Source of the DNA: an uncultured Acidimicrobiaceae bacterium
GTDB taxonomy: Bacteria; Actinomycetota; Acidimicrobiia; Acidimicrobiales; Palsa-688
DNA: 64,000 nucleotides
NCBI GenBank assembly: GCA_963754115.1
Contig: CAVWFC010000010.1
Span: 403,245 to 467,244 of the forward strand
Direction: 5' to 3'
The notes below the pieces were generated by a model. That model saw nothing but the letters and a program-made list of their open reading frames with translations. It had not been told where the DNA came from and made no database searches. Numbering within the stretch: position 1 is the first letter of the stretch; every line of letters starts with the position of its first letter. The translations under genes were made by a program, and so were the position numbers. This document shows, one piece after another, positions 59,328 to 64,000 of this stretch.

Positions 59328-59460
59328 AGCTCACACTTCCATCACATTTCGGCTCTTCTGGTTGCGATCGCGCGTTCTCGGTGCATTTACGGGACTTTTC
59401 GCGACGCTACTACCCCGAGTTGACAAAATCGCACCGAGAAGTTCCAAATTGTGAAGACGC
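59328..59460. repeat. copy B of the ~133-nt conserved intergenic element
   Basis: Colinear with 7579-7712. Inner stem 59374-59387 with 59425-59439, terminal tcacattt (59341-59348) with aaattgtga (59445-59453). Lies between convergent genes. Confidence 0.7.
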
Positions 59461-59506
59461 CTTGAGGCGCGGGCAGTTATGCTGCCAACTGCACTCGGCT
59501 GACGCT

Positions 59507-60243
59507 TCAGTGGGCCTGTCGAGCCCTGCCCACCAGTACCCGTTGCCCCGACGAGGCGGGGTCGCCGTTGGCCAGCTGGCGCGTGATCGTCAGGGTCGGG
59601 AAGGTGGTCGGCGGTACTCCGGCCCACAGGGTGATGTGGTCCGGTTGGTTGAACGTCCCGATCGGGACGAGGACGCCCTTGGGGTTCTTCAGCCAGGCCT
59701 CGTAAAAACGCCCGTTGGCGAGCCGGGGCAGGCCGGTGGCGTTCAGTTCCACTCGCCAGCCGCCCGTCATCTTCGTCAGCGTCGCCTCTCCCGATGCGCC
59801 GGGGCTGAGGGCCGTCCCCGCCAGCGCCACCCGGAACTGGAGCGGTTGCGTGCTGGTGCCGCCGAGGCTCATGACGAGGGCGACCACTATGGCGGCTGCT
59901 GCCACCAAGCCACCGATGCCCACTACCGCCCGGCGCCGGTTGCGCCGTTCCCGCCAGGGACCGTGGGGCTCAGCGGCGACGCCGAAGGGGCCAGGAGGGG
60001 CGGCGCGGCCGGGCCCGGCCGGTTGAGGTGCGTCGGGTTCTGGGGCCGTCCGGGGTGCCTCGGCCTCGGCGGCTTGGGAAACCGCACCCACCACACGGTC
60101 CTCGAGGGCTGGAATCTGGTTCGGCCCAAACGGCGCTGTCCTCCAGGAGAGCCGCGCAAGTCGTCGAGCTCGGCCCGAGCAACCGGGTCGACGCCGGCCC
60201 CTGGCTCACCGGCCAGGTAGGCAATGCGGTCGTTATCGCTCAC
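59507..60243 (-). CDS. anti-sigma factor with RskA-type C-terminal domain, one apparent frameshift (~60130-60160)
   Basis: N-terminal part in ORF 59923..60243 (GTG overlaps the sigma stop, GTGA). One TM helix (AVVGIGGLVAAAAIVVALV). C-domain GLPRLANGRFYEAWL...IGTF...TLTITRQL resembles the RskA fold. Confidence 0.75.
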
Positions 60244-60827
60244 CGGTTGGGCTCCCCTGTCAGCTCAGGGCGTTCGGAGCCCGACCGTCCCTCCGGGTCA
60301 TCACGAAGATGGCCGAGAAGCCCGGCGAGCCGGCGGTGGGCCCGGAACGTCCTCGACTTCACGGTACCGAGCGCGAGCCCCATCCGCTCGGCCACCTCAC
60401 TTTGCGTGAAGCCTTCGAGGTGCTGGAGGCGGACGAGCATCGCCTCTTCGGGTGAAAGTTCGTTGAGGGCCTTACGCACTTCCCATATGTCGTACGCCCG
60501 TTCGACCGAGGGTGGGAGCTCGACCGGCCCGGGGTCGTTTTCGTCGAGGGGACCGTGAGCCCGGAGGGCGGCACGACGGTGGACGTCGATGGCGGACCGG
60601 CGGGCGATGGTAGCCAGCCACGGGCCGAGCTCGCGGGCCGCGTCGTAACTGGCGGCTCCTCGCCACGCTCGCAAAAACGTCTCCTGTGTGGCTTCCTCAG
60701 CGAGGGACGGGTTACCGAGCACTTTGTAGGCGACGGCGTAAACAAGCCTTCCGTACTCCTTGTAGACCGCTCGCACCGCGTCGGGGTCGCCGTTCACAAA
60801 CCCGGCGATGACGCCTGGGGTCACCAC
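60240..60827 (-). CDS. ECF-type RNA polymerase sigma-70 family factor
   Basis: Region 2 (YAVAYKVLGNPSLAEEATQETFLRAW) and region 4 (GFTQSEVAERMGLALGTVKSRTFRAHRRL). Confidence 0.85.
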   Translation of the reverse strand: MVTPGVIAGFVNGDPDAVRAVYKEYGRLVYAVAYKVLGNPSLAEEATQETFLRAWRGAASYDAARELGPWLATIARRSAIDVHRRAALRAHGPLDENDPGPVELPPSVERAYDIWEVRKALNELSPEEAMLVRLQHLEGFTQSEVAERMGLALGTVKSRTFRAHRRLAGLLGHLRDDPEGRSGSERPELTGEPNR

Positions 60828-61023
60828 GTACCCACGTTAGGTCCGCCTCACTTGCGGGGTCGCCACAGACAAATAGAGGAGCGGAAGGCCGCACGTGCGT
60901 ACGGTGCGTACGGCTAGCCATGACGGCGAACTGCCTTCGGGCTCGGGCTCGTGTTCGTCGCGGTGGTTCGCTGCGCCCCGATGCAAGAGCTGAAGCCCCA
61001 CGATTCGTGCGCTCGCGAGCAAC

Positions 61024-61050
61024 GGCCGGGGGCGCCAATAGCCCCCGGCC
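61024..61050 (-). terminator. perfect 10-bp GC hairpin downstream of the secreted-protein gene
   Basis: ggccgggggc-gccaata-gcccccggcc, 67 nt after the stop at 61117. No clear U-tract on the minus strand. Confidence 0.4.
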
Positions 61051-61116
61051 TCTCCTGGACTCGTTGTGTTTGCTCACCGGTCGCCGGCTGATCGCCGCGC
61101 CTGGCCCCACCCGCTC

Positions 61117-62391
61117 TCAGTCGCCCGGAGCGTGTACCGGGATAATCGGTGGGTGGTGCGGAGGTGGTTGGCCAACCGGGGGCGTTGGCGGCGGCACGCT
61201 CGAAGGGTCATTGATATTGGGGTACTCCGCCGACGGCTGCACGCAGTTGTTGCCCCACACGTTCCAACTGCAGGCGGCCAATGAGAGCGTTGGATAAGTC
61301 GACGGGAACTCCCAGGCGTTGATGTCCACCACGGGCTGGCCGCTGGCGTTCTGACTGGTCCAGGCCCCGTTCTGGTAAGCGCTCACTCCACCGTCCCAGC
61401 CCAGGTGCGTTTCCCTGATGGTTATCGCGGTCACACCTTGAGGCTGCTGGCTGCTGCACGTGGCCTGGAAGTAGAGAGCGTACGGTCCGATCCAGCACCC
61501 TGTCGGCGCCACGGTAGGGGCTTGGCCGTCCCGAGCCAGGGTGAGGACGACGTCATTGTTTTGCACCGTCCAGTCGAGGTCGAAATACGGGCTGTCGACG
61601 CTCGGATTGAGGTAGTTCTCGAAAACCGAAGAGGCGACCTGGTGGGCAAACACGTTGCTACCGGTGATCAGCTGGTCGAAGCTGGGCGGGACGACCAGAG
61701 TGGACGGGTCGATTGTCGTCGCATCCACGCTGTTGTCGGCGTTACCGAGGGCGGACTTTGGCACGCCCGTGCTACCTGTGAAGGCGGCATTGTCGAAGCC
61801 GAGGCTCTCGCTTGAAAAAGTGAACGGTGACTGTGACGGGTCGCCATCGTCGGCATTGAGATAGCTGCCGACGTTTACGTCGACGTCGAGGGCTGTACCG
61901 AAGTTGCCGGTGATGGTGGGAGAGATCGGCGTGCCCGTGTCGACGTCGAAACTTATTGAATCGCCCTGGGTGAGCCAGCTCAGCTGCAGCTCACTGGGCG
62001 ATAGCGTCGAAATCTCGGCGTCCCCATCTGACTGTAGCGTGCACTTCCATTTGCTCCCCATACTGTAATTATCTTGAGCCAATATCTGAGACGCGTCGTT
62101 TTGGAGGGTATTGCACAGGGTGCTGGTTACCGTGCCCCACTCCGCGGCCAGCTGCGATTCGAGGCTAGCCGGAGCCGCCAACCCGTCCTGTACGTTTGTA
62201 TGGACAGTGCCGTTAGCATCACGATAATTGAACCCGAGCTGGCCCGCCCCGCTGGCGGGGGCGCTCGGGCCGGCGGGCGCCGGCGCTTGCGGGGCACTCC
62301 AGCCGAGCGCAAATGCAGGGCTGGCGCCAACTACGGTGAAAACGGCTGTAAGAGTCGCCGCGCTGGTACCAACGGATTTGGCGTACCTCAT
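61117..62391 (-). CDS. secreted hypothetical protein with Pro-rich C-terminus
   Basis: Signal peptide MRYAKSVGTSAATLTAVFTVVGASPAFA, 424 aa, several Cys, C-terminal PPPTPPVGQPPPHHPPIIP. Visibly lower G+C than its neighbours. No family recognised. Confidence 0.6.
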   Translation of the reverse strand: MRYAKSVGTSAATLTAVFTVVGASPAFALGWSAPQAPAPAGPSAPASGAGQLGFNYRDANGTVHTNVQDGLAAPASLESQLAAEWGTVTSTLCNTLQNDASQILAQDNYSMGSKWKCTLQSDGDAEISTLSPSELQLSWLTQGDSISFDVDTGTPISPTITGNFGTALDVDVNVGSYLNADDGDPSQSPFTFSSESLGFDNAAFTGSTGVPKSALGNADNSVDATTIDPSTLVVPPSFDQLITGSNVFAHQVASSVFENYLNPSVDSPYFDLDWTVQNNDVVLTLARDGQAPTVAPTGCWIGPYALYFQATCSSQQPQGVTAITIRETHLGWDGGVSAYQNGAWTSQNASGQPVVDINAWEFPSTYPTLSLAACSWNVWGNNCVQPSAEYPNINDPSSVPPPTPPVGQPPPHHPPIIPVHAPGD

Positions 62392-62559
62392 TTCCCCTCC
62401 TCGGGTCGGGCCTGGGAACCGGCGCGATTGGGCCTACCAGGCTTGTGTTTGTTCGTGGAGGGGTACGCAGGCCGTCGCCAAACGGTTCGCCATTTTTTGC
62501 GAGCGCTCGCTCGGAGCGGCCCGAGTAGCCGCACCAGCCGGTCATGCCATCATCTATCC

Positions 62560-63357
62560 ATGACGGACCCATCCACAACGGTCGACTTTGGACGAACAGC
62601 GGAGGATTACGCGCGCCACCGCGCCGGGTTCCCCTCATCTCTGTTCGAGCGGCTCGGGGCGTTCGGCGTGGGGCAGGAAGGCCAGGATGTCGTCGACGTC
62701 GGCACAGGCACGGGCACCGTCGCCCGGAACTTTGCCCTCCGCGGGTGCCGGGTCACTGCTATCGACCGGGCTCCGGCCTTGCTCGACCAGGCGCGCCAGC
62801 TCGATGCGAAGGCCGGAGTGGCAGTGGAGTACCGTGTGGCCGCCGCGGAGGCAACCGGGCTCACAGGCTCCAGCTATGACGTGCTCAGTGCGGGCCAGTG
62901 CTGGCACTGGTTCGACCGGGCGGCGGCCGCCGCGGAGGCGCGCCGTATTTTGCGGCCCACAGGGACCATCGTGATCTGCCACTTCGACTGGCTGCCACTG
63001 CCGGGCAACGTGGTCGAGGCGACGGAGACCCTGATCTTGCAGCACAATTCCCGATGGCGTGGTGCGGGGGGTTCGGGGATGTACCCGAAGTGGGCAACTG
63101 ACGTTGCAGTGGCCGGTTTTGGGGCCATCGAGACATTTAGTTACGACCTCGATGTGAGCTATTCGCACGAAGCGTGGCGAGGCCGCATCCGCGCCAGCTC
63201 GGGCGTGGCCGCTTCCTTGCCCGAAGAAAAGGTCCAACGCTTCGACGCCGACCACGCAAGGATGCTGGCCCGTCATTTTCCTGATGACCCGTTACAGGTC
63301 CCCCACCGGGTATGGGCACTTGTAGCCCGACAGCCGAGCCGGGAGGCCTTGCCCTAG
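62560..63357 (+). CDS. class I SAM-dependent methyltransferase
   Basis: VVDVGTGTGTVARNFA motif I. The internal ATG 62560 is used because the upstream 162 codons of ORF 62074..63357 overlap the opposite-strand secreted-protein gene. Confidence 0.75.
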   Translation: MTDPSTTVDFGRTAEDYARHRAGFPSSLFERLGAFGVGQEGQDVVDVGTGTGTVARNFALRGCRVTAIDRAPALLDQARQLDAKAGVAVEYRVAAAEATGLTGSSYDVLSAGQCWHWFDRAAAAAEARRILRPTGTIVICHFDWLPLPGNVVEATETLILQHNSRWRGAGGSGMYPKWATDVAVAGFGAIETFSYDLDVSYSHEAWRGRIRASSGVAASLPEEKVQRFDADHARMLARHFPDDPLQVPHRVWALVARQPSREALP

Positions 63358-63507
63358 TGCTGCCTCCAGCAACGTCCCGGCGGTTGCCGGCGACAAATAC
63401 CGGTTCCGGCGCTCGAGACTTCGGCTGTGCAACGAGACCAGCGTTGCCCGCCATGCACCAACGGCCAGATAAATATCGGGGTCAGTCCCGGAAAAGCTCT
63501 TCTGGGC

Positions 63508-63950
63508 TCAGGACCTCTCCGTCCCACCCGCTTCAGCGGCCGAAATCCATCGCGCACGACCTCGGGGAACAGCGTGCGGAGCTTCAACTGCACCAGCCGT
63601 CCGGCCACGGTGCGGTCCCAGTCGGCTGACCAGTGGACATTGGTGCCCTCGGACGTGGGCGTGAGGCTCACCTCCGCGACATAATTGCGTACGGGCATTC
63701 CTTTGACGACGCGGTACACCATGCGCCGTTGCGGGTCGACTTCCTCGATCCTCTCGAGCAGGGTCGTGCGTCCGAAGCGCAGACGCCGCACCGCCCCGAC
63801 GCCGTCCGTCGGCCCCTCGCCTCCTCCTTCGTAGCCGGCCTCATCCCAGGGCCCCCAACGGCAATAACTTCTCGCATCGGAAAGAAGCGCCCAAACAGCG
63901 TCGGGCGCCACACGGGCCGTACCTTCGGCTTCCACATGCAACCGGCTCAT
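63508..63950 (-). CDS. SRPBCC (START/polyketide cyclase-like) family protein, probable frameshift (~63545)
   Basis: MSRLHVEAEGTARVAPDAVWALLSD...YRVVKGMPVRNYVAEVSLTP pattern. A shifted frame ends ...SAAEAGGTERS at 63508, giving a typical ~147-aa length, whereas the ORF-track frame runs on as Arg/Pro-rich sequence to 63354. Confidence 0.55.
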
Positions 63951-64000
63951 ATCGCACCTACCTTCGTATGCCAGCTGTACCACTTGGTACATGTACCAGA

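Noticed and set aside
62074-62559. 162-codon N-terminal extension of the methyltransferase ORF (62074..63357)
   Set aside because: It overlaps the opposite-strand secreted-protein gene and has Arg/Gly-rich composition. The methyltransferase fold starts at MTDPSTT (62560).
1-64000. Mobile elements, prophage, tRNA/rRNA genes, or genomic-island boundaries
   Set aside because: No transposase, integrase or phage-like ORFs and no tRNA-like T-arm or anticodon structures were noticed while reading. The only mobile-like candidate is the 133-nt inverted-repeat element, reported separately.
1-64000. Interpreting the many split genes as genuine large-scale pseudogenisation (reductive evolution)
   Set aside because: Both halves of each gene remain free of stops and well conserved. 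Breaks are single-base and often sit in homopolymer runs, and essential-type operons (ETF, carboxylase) are affected equally. Sequencing or assembly error is the simpler explanation until reads say otherwise.

Overview
High-G+C, densely coding chromosomal segment that looks like Actinomycetota (DipZ, an RskA-type anti-sigma factor, PPK2, an EtfD-like Fe-S oxidoreductase, a PF03640-type secreted repeat protein, many GTGA/ATGA start-stop overlaps). I saw no rRNA, tRNA, CRISPR array, transposase, integrase or phage genes, so most of this is ordinary core and accessory metabolism.

Gene content, in order:
- A long minus-strand operon for a cluster-9 metal ABC importer (binding protein, ATPase, two permeases), followed by a Fur-family regulator, a membrane protein and a pseudokinase-like gene.
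- A DAG-kinase-family lipid kinase, then pirin.
- A partial myo-inositol catabolic cluster (iolE-like, iolA/mmsA, iolD) plus a transaldolase.
- PPK2, a VOC protein, a PHP-domain protein and an SDR.
- hyuA/hyuB, DipZ and a Tat-signal phospholipase C.
- A 2-oxoacid dehydrogenase E1 alpha/beta pair.
- etfBA facing an EtfD-like membrane Fe-S oxidoreductase and a full leucine/isovalerate (liu-type) cluster.
- A universal stress protein, a beta-class SPPY DNA methyltransferase with an unexplained C-terminal domain, YbaK, an Asp/Glu racemase and TldD/PmbA.
- An LLM oxidoreductase, DUF3445, a TetR-cupin-SnoaL unit, an ECF sigma/anti-sigma pair next to an unknown secreted protein, a methyltransferase and an SRPBCC protein.

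Two points affect how the window should be read:
1. About two dozen conserved genes are split across frames. The breaks I could pin to a base fall in homopolymer or G/C runs, which fits assembly indel error better than real pseudogenes. For these genes my coordinates span several ORF-track entries.
2. The window holds many short-period tandem arrays, both intergenic and in frame within conserved enzymes.

Most notable observations:
- A ~133-nt intergenic element present twice (7579-7712 and 59328-59460), with terminal inverted repeats and one compensatory base-pair change.
- A 14-nt tandem array that forms an unbroken relay of five ATGA/GTGA-overlapping mini-ORFs between the HMG-CoA lyase stop and the acyl-CoA dehydrogenase start.
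- Seven perfect copies of a 19-nt repeat between the TetR gene and the DUF3445 gene.

I found no convincing new multi-gene system, and the interest scores are set accordingly.
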